55,479 nt of DNA, taken from the NCBI GenBank assembly GCA_041492755.1, contig JBGPXN010000007.1, positions 1 to 55,479 of the forward strand. Direction: 5' to 3'. Made by a program: the position numbers and the translations under genes. The notes under the pieces are model-generated. The model was not told the DNA's origin and made no database searches. It saw only the letters and a list, made by a program, of their open reading frames with translations. Positions 9,234 through 21,480 of the stretch are shown here, in pieces. Source of the stretch: Candidatus Methylomirabilia bacterium. Lineage in GTDB: Bacteria > Methylomirabilota > Methylomirabilia > Rokubacteriales > CSP1-6. Numbering within the stretch: the first letter of the stretch is position 1; every line of letters begins with the position of its first letter.

Positions 9234-9868
9234 TCTTCCACGGCTACTACGCCGAGGTTCCGCGCGAGGACGTGGAGCGCTTCGTGGAGGTCCAGGAGCT
9301 CGGGCGACTCGTCACGGTCGGCGCGGACGGGACGCCGCACGTCGGGCTCTATCCGTTCGTTCATGGTGGGGACGAGGTCGAGCTGCACCTGGTGCGGGCC
9401 GACGAGCAGATCGCCGATCTGAAGCAGCGGCCCCGGTGCGCGTTCGAAGTCGACGAGGTGCTGGCCGTGATTCCGTCGTACTGGGTGAGCCCACAGTACG
9501 CCGGCTCGGCCACGGCGTATCACCGCACCGTGATCCTCGAATGCACGGCGACCGTGGTGGAGGATGCCGAGGCCGTCGCTGCGCAGCAGGTGCGGCTGCT
9601 GGCCCGCTATCAACCCGAGGGCGGATTCCGGGCGGTGGACCCGACCGACCCGCTCTACGCCGGCGCGCTCGCCCAGTTGGCCGCCGTGCGGCTCGAGATC
9701 GTGCGGCGGCGGGTCAAATGGAAGCTCGGTCAGAACCGGCCGCCGGCGGTGCGCCGCCGCGTGGCCGAGGCCCTGCGCGCGCGCGGGCGCGCCAACGACG
9801 TACGCGCCGCCGAGGCGCTCGAGTGGACGCTCGAGCACGCGGCGTCGCCGGGAAGCGAGCAGACATAG
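9230..9868 (+). CDS. PaiB-like FMN/heme-binding split-barrel protein
   Basis: IPSYWV...SATAYHRTV...KWKLGQNR pattern; ATGA-coupled to pdxT. Confidence 0.75.
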   Translation: MIFHGYYAEVPREDVERFVEVQELGRLVTVGADGTPHVGLYPFVHGGDEVELHLVRADEQIADLKQRPRCAFEVDEVLAVIPSYWVSPQYAGSATAYHRTVILECTATVVEDAEAVAAQQVRLLARYQPEGGFRAVDPTDPLYAGALAQLAAVRLEIVRRRVKWKLGQNRPPAVRRRVAEALRARGRANDVRAAEALEWTLEHAASPGSEQT

Positions 9869-9888
9869 GAAGCGGAATAGTCCGCAAG

Positions 9889-10164
9889 ATGATCCGGTCC
9901 ACGCCGGCGCGCGGCTATGCGGGCTGCTGCCATGCCATCGCGGCGTTGAACCTCACGGACCGGCTGGGTGAGATCAAGCTGCCGACGCTGGTCATCGTGG
10001 GCGAGGACGACCCCGGCACGCCGGTCGCCGCGGCGCGAGTCATCCACGAGGGCATCAAGGGCTCGCAGCTCTCGATTCTCAAGTCCGCCGCGCATTTGGC
10101 GAACATGGAGCAGCCGGAAGCGGTCACGCGTGCGGCCACGGGGTTTCTCGCGGCACAGGGCTAG
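9889..10164 (+). pseudogene. C-terminal fragment of an alpha/beta hydrolase (3-oxoadipate enol-lactonase-like)
   Basis: GYAGCCHAIA...PTLVIVGEDDPGTP...AAHLANMEQP is present, but the N-terminal half with the GxSxG nucleophile is absent. Confidence 0.75.
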
Positions 10165-10201
10165 CGTCGCTACGCCCGCGATTGCCCCCCGGGGAAAAGT
10201 A

Positions 10202-10253
10202 TTGACAGGTCGTGGTCAGACCCTTATCTTTGGCGGTCAGACCAGCCGACCAG
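10202..10253 (+). promoter_or_regulatory. Sigma70 promoter with overlapping FadR-family operators
   Basis: TTGACA(10202)-17 nt-TATCTT(10225); TGGTCAGACC at 10213-10222 and GGTCAGACCA at 10235-10244. Confidence 0.75.
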
Positions 10254-10289
10254 TCGAACCGTCTCGGCGCGACCGTTGAGGAGGAGCGC

Positions 10290-11498
10290 ATGGCAGCACT
10301 GATCGTCGAAGTTGTCTATCGGGGCATCTTTCAGAAGAACTTGGCCGCCCGGATGGTTCGCGGCGTCGTCTTATCGGCCCGCAAGTCCGACCGGTGGGGC
10401 ATCGCCTTCGGACGGTACGGCGACAGCCCGCAGCGGAATGGCATCCCCGCCAAGGACTTCGCGATCGTCGCCGATACCAAGGAAGAGCTCGAGCAGAACA
10501 TGGCCCGCTACGAGCCCAAGCACGTCGACGTGACCATCTGTGTCGACGACACGCTGTCCAAGGGCGTCGAGTCCTGGGCCTGGTATGGCCTGCAGCCGAT
10601 CAACCGCTTGACCGTCCCGGGCGGCACGGTCCTGATGACCTCGCTGCAGTCGTACGAAGAGCTGTTGAAAGACATTCACAAGCGGGACACGCCGTACCAT
10701 CTCGCGCTCATTCGGGCGAAGGCCTCGTTCTCGGGCCTCTGGGTCTACAAGGAGGACCACACCGAGGTCCGGATCCTGGGCGCGCTCGCGAAGATCGCAC
10801 CGGCGTTCCTCAGCCTCGACGGGGTCTCCCAGGCCATCGCGGAGATGGAGTGGGGCTCCGATCTGAAAGTCGCATCGGCCCGCAAGGCCCACGATCGGCT
10901 GGAGAGCCGCGAGGTCAAGCCGACCGATGGCAACCCCGAGATCCCGTACTCCTTCGAGCTGCCACGGTGGTGGGAGATGCGCGAGGGTGTCACCATCCCC
11001 GCTATCCCCATCGGCAAGCCCAAGGAAGGCGGGAAGGGGTACGTGCCGGAGCGCAACCCGTACTTCAAGAAGTACACGACCCGCAGCATGCGTCCGGTGA
11101 TCGACTTCGACACCTGCGTGAAGTGCAACCTCTGCTGGATCGCCTGCCCCGACTCCGTCTTCGACGTGATGCCGGACGGGACCTTCGACCCCGCCATGGA
11201 AGCCTGCTGCGGCTGCGGCGTGTGCGAGGCGGTGTGCCCGGTCGAGCACTGCGTGACCATGGTCAACGAGTCGGCCTTCGAGGACAACGCCAGCCAGTGG
11301 GACATGTGGCGGAAGGACAAGCCCGCCTACAAGACCTGGATGCTGGGCAAGATCGGCGACAAGAAGACCACCGTCCGCTCCCACGGCTTCCGCTTCCGCG
11401 GGCAGTACGAGGAAGAGATCAAAACGGAGCTGGACAGCGGTGGCGTTGAGATCACGGCGGGCATCCCCGGCGAAAACGCCAAGCACAAGACGGTCTAA
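10290..11498 (+). CDS. 2-oxoacid:ferredoxin oxidoreductase gamma-delta fusion (oxalate oxidoreductase delta-like)
   Basis: N-terminal VVYRGIFQKN (no GxGGQG); C-terminal CVKCNLCWIACP and CCGCGVCEAVCP 2x[4Fe-4S] motifs; GAGGAG RBS. Confidence 0.85.
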   Translation: MAALIVEVVYRGIFQKNLAARMVRGVVLSARKSDRWGIAFGRYGDSPQRNGIPAKDFAIVADTKEELEQNMARYEPKHVDVTICVDDTLSKGVESWAWYGLQPINRLTVPGGTVLMTSLQSYEELLKDIHKRDTPYHLALIRAKASFSGLWVYKEDHTEVRILGALAKIAPAFLSLDGVSQAIAEMEWGSDLKVASARKAHDRLESREVKPTDGNPEIPYSFELPRWWEMREGVTIPAIPIGKPKEGGKGYVPERNPYFKKYTTRSMRPVIDFDTCVKCNLCWIACPDSVFDVMPDGTFDPAMEACCGCGVCEAVCPVEHCVTMVNESAFEDNASQWDMWRKDKPAYKTWMLGKIGDKKTTVRSHGFRFRGQYEEEIKTELDSGGVEITAGIPGENAKHKTV

Positions 11499-11510
11499 GG
11501 AGAAGGCGCG

Positions 11511-12740
11511 ATGGCAGTAGCGACCCCGACGGCAGCGGCCGTCAGCGACGATAAGGAGCTCCTGATCTCCGGCAGCGAGGCGGTGGCGGAGGCGCTGACG
11601 CTCGCCGACATCGACGTGGTCACCGCCTATCCGATCCGCCCGTACGACACGGTCATGCAGGCGATCGCCAAGAAGATCTCCGGCGGCCAGCTCGTGGCCG
11701 AGTACATCGTGGCCGAGGGCGAGCACAGCCAGTTCGAGATCGTGAAGCACGCCTCGACCGTGGGCGCGCGCGTCTTCTGCGGCTCGTCCGGCGTGGGCTG
11801 GGCGTACGCGATGGAGTGTCTGGTGGTGACGCCGCCCCTGCGCGTTCCCATGCTGGCGCTCGTCGGCAACCGCGCGCTCGACGATCCCGGCGCCTTCGGC
11901 GTCGAGCACAACGACGCACTCTTCGTGCGCGATCTCGGCTGGATGCTCTGCTGGATCGACTCCTCGCAGGAGGCGCTCGACACCACGCTCATCGGCTATC
12001 GGGTGGCGGAGGACCGGCGGGTCTTCCTGCCGCTGGCCATCTCCGCCGACGGCGCGTTCCTGACCCACTCCCAGGCGATCACCATGGTGCCGCCCAAGAG
12101 CAAGGTGGACCGGTTCCTGCCCCGCTACGACCGGGGCGACCTGCAGCTGCATCCCGACAATCCGATCACGGTGGCCCCGCAGGCCAACGAGGACTGGGTC
12201 ATCGAGATCCGCCGGCAGAACAACGAGGCGATGACGCGGGCCTACACCGTCATCGAGGAGGCGTACGCCGACTTCCGGCGGATCTTCGGCCGCGGGCCCG
12301 AGAACCCGTGGTTCGAGGAGTACATGACGGAGGACGCCGACGTCATCCTCGTCGGCATGGGGACCATCTCGCTGCCCATCAAGGTGGGCATCCGCAACAT
12401 GCGCGCCCAGGGCAAGAAGGTCGGCCTGCTCCGCCTGCGCTGGTTCCGGCCGTTCCATACCGAGAAGCTGGTGGCGGCGCTGTCCAAGGCCGGCGCGATC
12501 GGCGTCATCGACCGCGACTACTCCTTCGGCTCGCCCTTCGGGTCGGGCGTGGTGGCCAACGAGATCCGGGCGGCCATGTACAACTCCGAGCGGCGACCGC
12601 CGCTGCTGAGCTTCATCTGCGGACTCGGCGGCCGCGAGGTGACGCTCGAAGACGTCAACAAGGCGGCCGACCTCTGCTACAGCGCGGCGAAGTCGGGCAA
12701 GTCGGACACCAAGACCCACTGGCTTGGCGTGCGCGAATAG
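11511..12740 (+). CDS. OFOR alpha subunit, oxalate oxidoreductase-like
   Basis: YPIRP, EGEHSQ, GSSGVG, RWFRPF and GLGGRE motifs. Confidence 0.9.
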   Translation: MAVATPTAAAVSDDKELLISGSEAVAEALTLADIDVVTAYPIRPYDTVMQAIAKKISGGQLVAEYIVAEGEHSQFEIVKHASTVGARVFCGSSGVGWAYAMECLVVTPPLRVPMLALVGNRALDDPGAFGVEHNDALFVRDLGWMLCWIDSSQEALDTTLIGYRVAEDRRVFLPLAISADGAFLTHSQAITMVPPKSKVDRFLPRYDRGDLQLHPDNPITVAPQANEDWVIEIRRQNNEAMTRAYTVIEEAYADFRRIFGRGPENPWFEEYMTEDADVILVGMGTISLPIKVGIRNMRAQGKKVGLLRLRWFRPFHTEKLVAALSKAGAIGVIDRDYSFGSPFGSGVVANEIRAAMYNSERRPPLLSFICGLGGREVTLEDVNKAADLCYSAAKSGKSDTKTHWLGVRE

Positions 12741-12751
12741 GAGACGACCAG

Positions 12752-13780
12752 ATGGCCGAGACGACGTTCACCAACTCGACGCAGGTACTGGAGCCCTTCA
12801 AGGGCATCAAGAAGGTCACCATCGAGGAGTACTTCACCTCGGGCCACCGCACGTGTCAGGGCTGCGAGTCGGCGCTGGTGATGAAGCTCATGGTGAAGGC
12901 GGCCGGCCCCCGCACGATCGTGCTGGGCTCGACCGGCTGCATGTACGTCGCGAACACGACCTATTACACGACGCCGTGGGTGGTGCCCTGGATGCACACC
13001 CAGCTCGGCTCTTCGGGCTCGGCGGCGCTGGGGACGGCGGCCGGTCTCAAGGCGCTGATGAAGAAAGGCAAGATGAAGGCGGAGCCGATCAACGTGATCG
13101 CGTTCTGCGGTGACGGCGGCGGCGCCGACATGGGGATCGGCGCGATCTCGGCCACGCTCACGCACAAGGAGTACAACTCGCTGATCCTGCTCTACGACAA
13201 CGAGTCGTACGCCAACACCGACATCCAGATCTCCGGGATGTCGCCCTACGGCGCCCACACGACGTTCAGCCCTCCCGGCAAGGCCATCCGGATCATCCAC
13301 ACCCGCTGGAAGAAGAACATGGCCGGCATGATGGCCGCGGGGCACCCGGAGTGCCGGTACGTGGCCACCGTGTGCGCCTCGTACGCCGTCGAGATGATGA
13401 ACAAGGTGCGGCGCGCCCTCACCATCGGGGGCCCGACCTTCATCCACTCGCTCGACCCCTGCCCGAAGGGCTGGGACTACGATCCCATGCTCTCCCACGA
13501 GCTGGGCGAGCTCGCCATCGAGACCGGCATCTTCCCTCTCTACGAGGTGGAAGACGGGGTGCTGAAGTACTACGGCAAGACCAAGGCGATCGTCGACGGT
13601 CGCAAGCGCAAGCCGGTGCGCGAATATCTGTTGAAGCAGGGCCGGTTCGCCCACTTCATCGAGGAGGACCTCGAGTACTTCCAGGCGAAAGTGGACGAGA
13701 TGTGGGACAAGTGGGAGATTCCGGCGGTGGTGCCGTTCCGCCGACTGGAGTCGACGCGGGCTGCCCTGGGCGTGAAGTAA
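12752..13780 (+). CDS. OFOR beta (TPP-binding) subunit, oxalate oxidoreductase-like
   Basis: GHRTCQGC, TGCMYVANT, GDGG...YDNESYANT and PCPKGW motifs. Confidence 0.9.
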   Translation: MAETTFTNSTQVLEPFKGIKKVTIEEYFTSGHRTCQGCESALVMKLMVKAAGPRTIVLGSTGCMYVANTTYYTTPWVVPWMHTQLGSSGSAALGTAAGLKALMKKGKMKAEPINVIAFCGDGGGADMGIGAISATLTHKEYNSLILLYDNESYANTDIQISGMSPYGAHTTFSPPGKAIRIIHTRWKKNMAGMMAAGHPECRYVATVCASYAVEMMNKVRRALTIGGPTFIHSLDPCPKGWDYDPMLSHELGELAIETGIFPLYEVEDGVLKYYGKTKAIVDGRKRKPVREYLLKQGRFAHFIEEDLEYFQAKVDEMWDKWEIPAVVPFRRLESTRAALGVK

Positions 13781-13895
13781 CAGGTCGCGGGGGCTTCACC
13801 GACACCGTGAACGCGCGGGGCCAGGAGCGGAACGCCACCCGGCTCCGCGGTGTTTTAGTGGGCAATCCCAGAGTTCAATCGAGGAGGGCCACACG

Positions 13896-14879
13896 ATGAC
13901 ACAGGCGTCACGCCTCCGTCCCTGGCTGCTGGCCGTTCTGCTCGTCGCCGCTTGCGCCGTCCCCGCGGATGCCGCCTGGGAACCCACCAAGCCGATCGAG
14001 TTCGTGATCCCGGCCGGCACCGGTGGCGGCGCCGACCAGATGGCCCGCCTCATCGCCGGACTCGCCGAGAAGCACAAGCTCACCCCGCGTCCGATCATCG
14101 TCGTCAACAAGTCCGGGGGAGCGGGCGCCGAGGGCTTCCTGCACGTCAAGGGCAAGAAGGGCGACGCCCATACCATCATCATCACGCTCTCCAACCTCTT
14201 CACCACGCCGCTGCACACGGGCGTGCCCTTCAACTGGAAAGACCTGACGCCGGTCGCCCGCCTGGCCCTTGACCGGTTCATCCTCTGGGTGAACGCGGAG
14301 ACCCCGTACAGGACGGCCAAGGAGTACCTGGCCGCGGTGAAGGAGAAGGGCGGCACCATGAAGATGGGCGGCACCGGCTCCGCCCAGGAGGACCAGATCA
14401 TCACCATCCAGATCGAGCAGGCCCTGGGGGTGAAGTTCACCTACGTTCCGTTCAAAGGCGGCGGCGAGGTGTGCGTGAACCTGGTCGGCAAGCACGTGGA
14501 CTCCACCGTGAACAACCCCATCGAGTGCGTGAGCCACTGGAGGGCGGGCCGGGTGCGGCCGCTCGCCGTCTTCGACCCCGAACGCATCCCCGACCCCGAC
14601 TGGAAGGACATCCCCACCGTCAAGGAGGCCCTCGGCCTCGACATCCAGTACAACATGCTCCGCGGGATCTTTGGTGCCCCCGACATGCCGAAGGAAGCGG
14701 TGGAGTGGTACGTCGGCTTCCTGAAGAAGGTCGGCGACACCCAGGAGTTCAGGGAGTACCTTGGCAAGGGCGCCCTCAAGCCCGCCTTTATGACCGGAGC
14801 CGAGTACGTGAAGTGGCTGGAGGGGGCCGAGCAGCTGCACAAAGATCTGATGCAGAAGGGCGGACTGCTCAAGAAATAA
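13896..14879 (+). CDS. tctC: Tripartite tricarboxylate transporter substrate-binding protein
   Basis: Signal peptide, PAGTGGGADQMAR, NKSGGAG and YVPFKGGGE motifs. Confidence 0.9.
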   Translation: MTQASRLRPWLLAVLLVAACAVPADAAWEPTKPIEFVIPAGTGGGADQMARLIAGLAEKHKLTPRPIIVVNKSGGAGAEGFLHVKGKKGDAHTIIITLSNLFTTPLHTGVPFNWKDLTPVARLALDRFILWVNAETPYRTAKEYLAAVKEKGGTMKMGGTGSAQEDQIITIQIEQALGVKFTYVPFKGGGEVCVNLVGKHVDSTVNNPIECVSHWRAGRVRPLAVFDPERIPDPDWKDIPTVKEALGLDIQYNMLRGIFGAPDMPKEAVEWYVGFLKKVGDTQEFREYLGKGALKPAFMTGAEYVKWLEGAEQLHKDLMQKGGLLKK

Positions 14880-15341
14880 ATGCGGACCGCGGACGTCATC
14901 ACGGCCGCGGTGGTGATGCTGCTGGGGGGCGTCGTGCTGTACGACGCCCTCCGGCTCGGCATCGGTTGGGGTACGGACGGACCCAAGAGCGGGTTCTTCC
15001 CGTTTTGGCTCGCCCTCGTCATGGTCGTCGTGAGCGCGGCCATCCTGATCCGCGCCGCCCGCCGTCCAGACGGGGCAGCCTTCGTGAGTCGGCAGCGGCT
15101 CGCCCCGGTGCTCAAGGTCCTGGCGCCGGCGGCCGGCATGGTGATCCTCACCCAGGCTGCCGGCCTCTACGTCGCCTCCGCCCTTTACCTGGGGTTCTAC
15201 ATGCGGTGGGTGGGCCGGCACGACTGGCGCGCGGTGGTCGCCCTGTCGGTGTTCGTGCCCGTGGTGACCTTCCTCATCTTCGAGCGCTGGTTCCTGGTGC
15301 CGATGCCCAAGGGGCTGCTCGAGACCTGGTTGGGTTACTGA
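14880..15341 (+). CDS. tctB: Tripartite tricarboxylate transporter small membrane subunit
   Basis: GPKSGFFP; multiple TM segments; FERWFLVPMPKG. Confidence 0.88.
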   Translation: MRTADVITAAVVMLLGGVVLYDALRLGIGWGTDGPKSGFFPFWLALVMVVVSAAILIRAARRPDGAAFVSRQRLAPVLKVLAPAAGMVILTQAAGLYVASALYLGFYMRWVGRHDWRAVVALSVFVPVVTFLIFERWFLVPMPKGLLETWLGY

Positions 15342-15344
15342 GCG

Positions 15345-16862
15345 GTGGGGATCGAGAACCTCCTTCTCGGTTTCTCCGTCGCCATCACGCCGACCAACCT
15401 CCTGGTGGCGGTGCTCGGCATCCTGCTCGGGACGATCATCGGGGTCCTGCCGGGGCTGGGAGGCGCCAACGGTGTCGCCATCTTATTGCCCCTGACGTTC
15501 ACGATGCCGCCGACCTCGGCGATCATCCTGCTCACGTCGCTGTACTGGGGCGCGCTCTTCGGGGGCGCCATCACCTCGATCCTGTTCAACATCCCCGGCG
15601 AGCCATGGTCGGTGGCCACCACCTTCGACGGCTACCCGCTGGCCCGCCAGGGTCAGAGCGGGCAGGCGCTCACCGCCGCCTTCACCTCCTCGTTCGTCGG
15701 CGCCTTGTTCTCCATCGTGCTCATCACGCTGTTCGCGCCGGTGCTGGCGGAGGTCGCCCTCAAGTTCGGGCCGCCGGAGTTCTTCGCCATCCAGCTGCTG
15801 ACGTTCTCGAGCTTCGTGGGCCTGGGCGGCGGCGACCCGCTCAAGTCGCTGGTGTCGATCCTCATCGGCTTCATCCTGGCCGCGGCCGGTCTGGACATCG
15901 TCACCGGCCAGCTCCGCCTCACCTTCGGCTTCACCGATCTGATGAAGGGCTTCGACTTCATCGTGGCCGTCATCGGCCTCTTCGGGATCGGGGAGATCCT
16001 GCTCTCGGTGGAAGAGGGGCTGAGGTTCCGGGGCGCGAAGACGACGATGAATCTCCGCGTGGTGTTGGACACCTGGCGGATCCTCCCGCGCTATTACCGC
16101 ACGTTCGTGCGCGGCTCCTTCATCGGGTTCTGGATGGGCTTCAAGCCGGGCGGCGCCACCCCCGCCTCCTTCATGAGCTACGCGTTCGCCAAGCGGTTCT
16201 CCCGGCATCCGGAGCGGTTCGGCAAGGGCGAGATCGAAGGCATCGTGGCCCCGGAGACGGCGGCCCACGCCGCCGGTGTCGCGGCCATGCTCCCGATGAT
16301 CACGCTCGGCATCCCGGGATCGCCGACGGCGGCGGTGATGCTGGGCGGACTGATCATCTGGGGGCTGCAGCCCGGACCGATGCTGTTCAAGGACAACCCG
16401 GAGTTCGTGTGGGGCCTCATCGCGAGCATGTACACGGGCAACATCATCGGCGTGCTGATGGTGCTGGCGTTCGTACCGTTCTTCGCTTCGATCCTCCGCA
16501 TTCCGTTCGCGATCCTGACCCCGCTCATCGTGGTCATCTGCGCCATCGGCGCCTATGCCGTCCACAGCAGTATGATCGACATCTGGTACATGCTGATCTT
16601 CGGCGTCGTCGGCTACGTCTTCAAGAAGCTCGACTACCCCCTGGCGCCACTCGTGCTGGCCCTCGTGCTCGGTGACCTCGCCGAGAACGCGCTCCGCCAG
16701 AGTCTGATCATGTCCCAGGGGTCGCTCGCGATCTTCTTCACGCGGCCGATCGCCGCGGTCATCACCGCGGTCGCCCTCCTCTTCTTCGCGCTGCCGGTCG
16801 TGACGCCGTGGTGGCGGCGGGTGCGCGGGGTCGCGAGCGCCGCGGCGCCCGGCAAGACCTGA
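15345..16862 (+). CDS. tctA: Tripartite tricarboxylate transporter permease
   Basis: GVLPGLG, NIPGEP, TTFDGYPLA, TLGIPGS and GLQPGP motifs. Confidence 0.93.
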   Translation: MGIENLLLGFSVAITPTNLLVAVLGILLGTIIGVLPGLGGANGVAILLPLTFTMPPTSAIILLTSLYWGALFGGAITSILFNIPGEPWSVATTFDGYPLARQGQSGQALTAAFTSSFVGALFSIVLITLFAPVLAEVALKFGPPEFFAIQLLTFSSFVGLGGGDPLKSLVSILIGFILAAAGLDIVTGQLRLTFGFTDLMKGFDFIVAVIGLFGIGEILLSVEEGLRFRGAKTTMNLRVVLDTWRILPRYYRTFVRGSFIGFWMGFKPGGATPASFMSYAFAKRFSRHPERFGKGEIEGIVAPETAAHAAGVAAMLPMITLGIPGSPTAAVMLGGLIIWGLQPGPMLFKDNPEFVWGLIASMYTGNIIGVLMVLAFVPFFASILRIPFAILTPLIVVICAIGAYAVHSSMIDIWYMLIFGVVGYVFKKLDYPLAPLVLALVLGDLAENALRQSLIMSQGSLAIFFTRPIAAVITAVALLFFALPVVTPWWRRVRGVASAAAPGKT

Positions 16863-16871
16863 GGGCCGAAC

Positions 16872-17573
16872 GTGACCTTCCCCAATCTCGCCGATCCCGA
16901 CTTCTGGGTCCGCTGGGTCAAGATCGTCGTCATCGACCTGCTGCTGGCCGGGGACAACGCCCTGGTGATCGCGCTGGCGGTCCGCACGCTGCCGCGCCGC
17001 CAGCAGCTCCTCGGTCGGATGTGGGGCACCGCCGGCGCCGTCGTCCTGCGCCTGGTCTTCATCGCGATCGTCACGGTTTTGCTGCGCGTCCCGCTTCTCC
17101 AGTTCGTCGGCGGGCTCGTCCTGGTCTGGATCGCCTTCAAGCTCGTCCGGTCGGACACGGGGGGCGAAGAGGGCGGTCAGGCCCGGCACGGGACGACGCT
17201 CCTGGGGGCGATCTGGATTATCATCGTCGCCGACGTCACGATGAGTCTCGACAACGTGATCGCGGTGGCGGGGGCGGCGCACGGCGACCTCTTCCTCGTC
17301 GCCTTCGGCATTGCGCTGTCGATCCCCATCGTGGTGTGGGCGAGCGGCGTTCTCGCCCGGCTGATGAACCGATACGCCTGGATCGTCTGGGCCGGCGGAG
17401 GTGTCCTCGGCGAGGTGGCGGGTGACATGATGATCCACGACCGCGTCGTGTACGAGCGGCTCGGCGGCGTCGCCGACGTCGTGAACTATCCCCTGCGGAT
17501 CGTCCTGTTCACGACGATCACCGCGCTCGGGTGGTGGCTGGCGCGCGAGAGCCGCGTGGCCGAGCGAGCCTGA
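16872..17573 (+). CDS. TerC/YjbE family integral membrane protein
   Basis: IDLLLAGDNALVIALA and ADVTMSLDNVIAVAGAA motifs. Confidence 0.9.
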   Translation: MTFPNLADPDFWVRWVKIVVIDLLLAGDNALVIALAVRTLPRRQQLLGRMWGTAGAVVLRLVFIAIVTVLLRVPLLQFVGGLVLVWIAFKLVRSDTGGEEGGQARHGTTLLGAIWIIIVADVTMSLDNVIAVAGAAHGDLFLVAFGIALSIPIVVWASGVLARLMNRYAWIVWAGGGVLGEVAGDMMIHDRVVYERLGGVADVVNYPLRIVLFTTITALGWWLARESRVAERA

Positions 17574-17625
17574 CGTGAGCGGGGAAGATCGGCGACGGAC
17601 CGATCCCGCCGCGCCGCGGTGGGAG

Positions 17626-18351
17626 ATGGGCATCGAGCCCATCAAGTCCACCCGCATCTACGAGGAGATCGTCCGGCAGATCAAGCAGATGATCTCCGAG
17701 GGCCGGCTCAAGAGCGGGGACCAGCTTCCGCCCGAGCGCGACCTCGCCGAGAAGTTCGTGGTGAGCCGGACGTCGGTCCGGGAGGCGCTGCGCGCGCTCG
17801 AGAGCGTCGGCCTCATCGAGATCCGCGCCGGGGAAGGCACGTTCGTCCGGAGGGTGTCGGTGGAAGCCCTCATCGAACCGCTCGCGCTGGTCATGCTCTC
17901 GCAACGTGAAGCCATCGGCGAGCTCTTCGAGGCGCGCCACCTGCTGGAGCCGGCGATCGCGCGACTGGCCGCTCGACGGGCCACCCCGGAAGAGATCGAC
18001 GAGATGACGCGCATCCTGGAGGAGCAGGCGAAGGAGATCGCGGCCGGCCGCAACGGACTGGCGCAGGACGCGGCGTTCCACGCCGCCATCTCGTCCGCCG
18101 CTCACAACCGCGCGATCACCCGGGTGGTGCACGCCATCATGGACATGCTCGCGCAGAGCCGGGAAGAATCGCTGAACACGCCGGGCCGCCCGACGCGCTC
18201 GCATCAGGATCATCAGCGCGTGCTCGCCGCCATCGCGCAGCACGACGAGGAGAGCGCCGCGAACGCGATGCTCGAGCACCTGGTCGCGGTGGAAGGACTG
18301 GTCCTCGGGCCCCCGCGCGGCGCGCCACCGAATCGGACCGCGCGGCCTTGA
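17626..18351 (+). CDS. FadR-subfamily GntR transcriptional regulator
   Basis: GDQLPPERDLAEKFVVSRTSVREALRAL HTH plus FCD domain (DAAFH...AAHN). Confidence 0.92.
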   Translation: MGIEPIKSTRIYEEIVRQIKQMISEGRLKSGDQLPPERDLAEKFVVSRTSVREALRALESVGLIEIRAGEGTFVRRVSVEALIEPLALVMLSQREAIGELFEARHLLEPAIARLAARRATPEEIDEMTRILEEQAKEIAAGRNGLAQDAAFHAAISSAAHNRAITRVVHAIMDMLAQSREESLNTPGRPTRSHQDHQRVLAAIAQHDEESAANAMLEHLVAVEGLVLGPPRGAPPNRTARP

Positions 18352-18376
18352 CGCCATCGGGTGTCGCGAGTAAGGT
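18348..18376 (+). promoter_or_regulatory. Sigma70 promoter of the attenuator leader
   Basis: TTGACG(18348)-17 nt-TAAGGT(18371). Confidence 0.6.
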
Positions 18377-18379
18377 GTG

Positions 18380-18469
18380 ATGATCATGCCGCAGATCACG
18401 CCGCGGGCGCTACTCCTGGACCTGTTGATTCTGGTCCTGCCGGGCCTGCCCGGAGCATCCGCGGCATAA
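18380..18469 (+). CDS. Leu/Ile/Val-rich attenuator leader peptide
   Basis: MIMPQITPRALLLDLLILVLPGLPGASAA*; control run cta ctc ctg gac ctg ttg att ctg gtc ctg includes A/T-rich codons atypical for this window. Alternative start at ATG 18386. Confidence 0.75.
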   Translation: MIMPQITPRALLLDLLILVLPGLPGASAA

Positions 18470-18518
18470 CACGACCCCGGATGCCACGGGCAGGATGACC
18501 GGCCCGTGGCTGAGAAAA

Positions 18519-18558
18519 AAGGGCCACGGGTTGGAAGACCCGTGGCCCTTCGTTTTTT
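18519..18558 (+). terminator. Intrinsic terminator of the attenuator
   Basis: AAGGGCCACGGGTT-GGAA-GACCCGTGGCCCTT followed by CGTTTTTT. CCCGTGGC (18503-18510) can pair with the 5' arm as an antiterminator. Confidence 0.85.
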
Positions 18559-18683
18559 GGGCGGCCCGAGAGGCGAACGTTCAGCCCGACACGCGACGGT
18601 TCGACCCGCGCGACGGCGAGTGGAAGGAAGGTGAGGGCGGCCGATGGCGAGCGGGACGGCAGTGGCGCCAGCGTCTCGAAAGA

Positions 18684-18713
18684 TTGACACTGGTGTGCGC
18701 CATCCGATAGTCT
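18684..18713 (+). promoter_or_regulatory. Putative internal sigma70 promoter for ppdK
   Basis: TTGACA(18684)-18 nt-TAGTCT(18708), about 40 nt before ATG 18755. Confidence 0.6.
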
Positions 18714-18754
18714 TGAAAGACTTTTTCCGCCGTCCGGTACGGAGACCCACGCCC

Positions 18755-21457
<2,703 letters not shown>

Positions 21458-21480
21458 CGTATTGACTCGCCGCATCGCGC

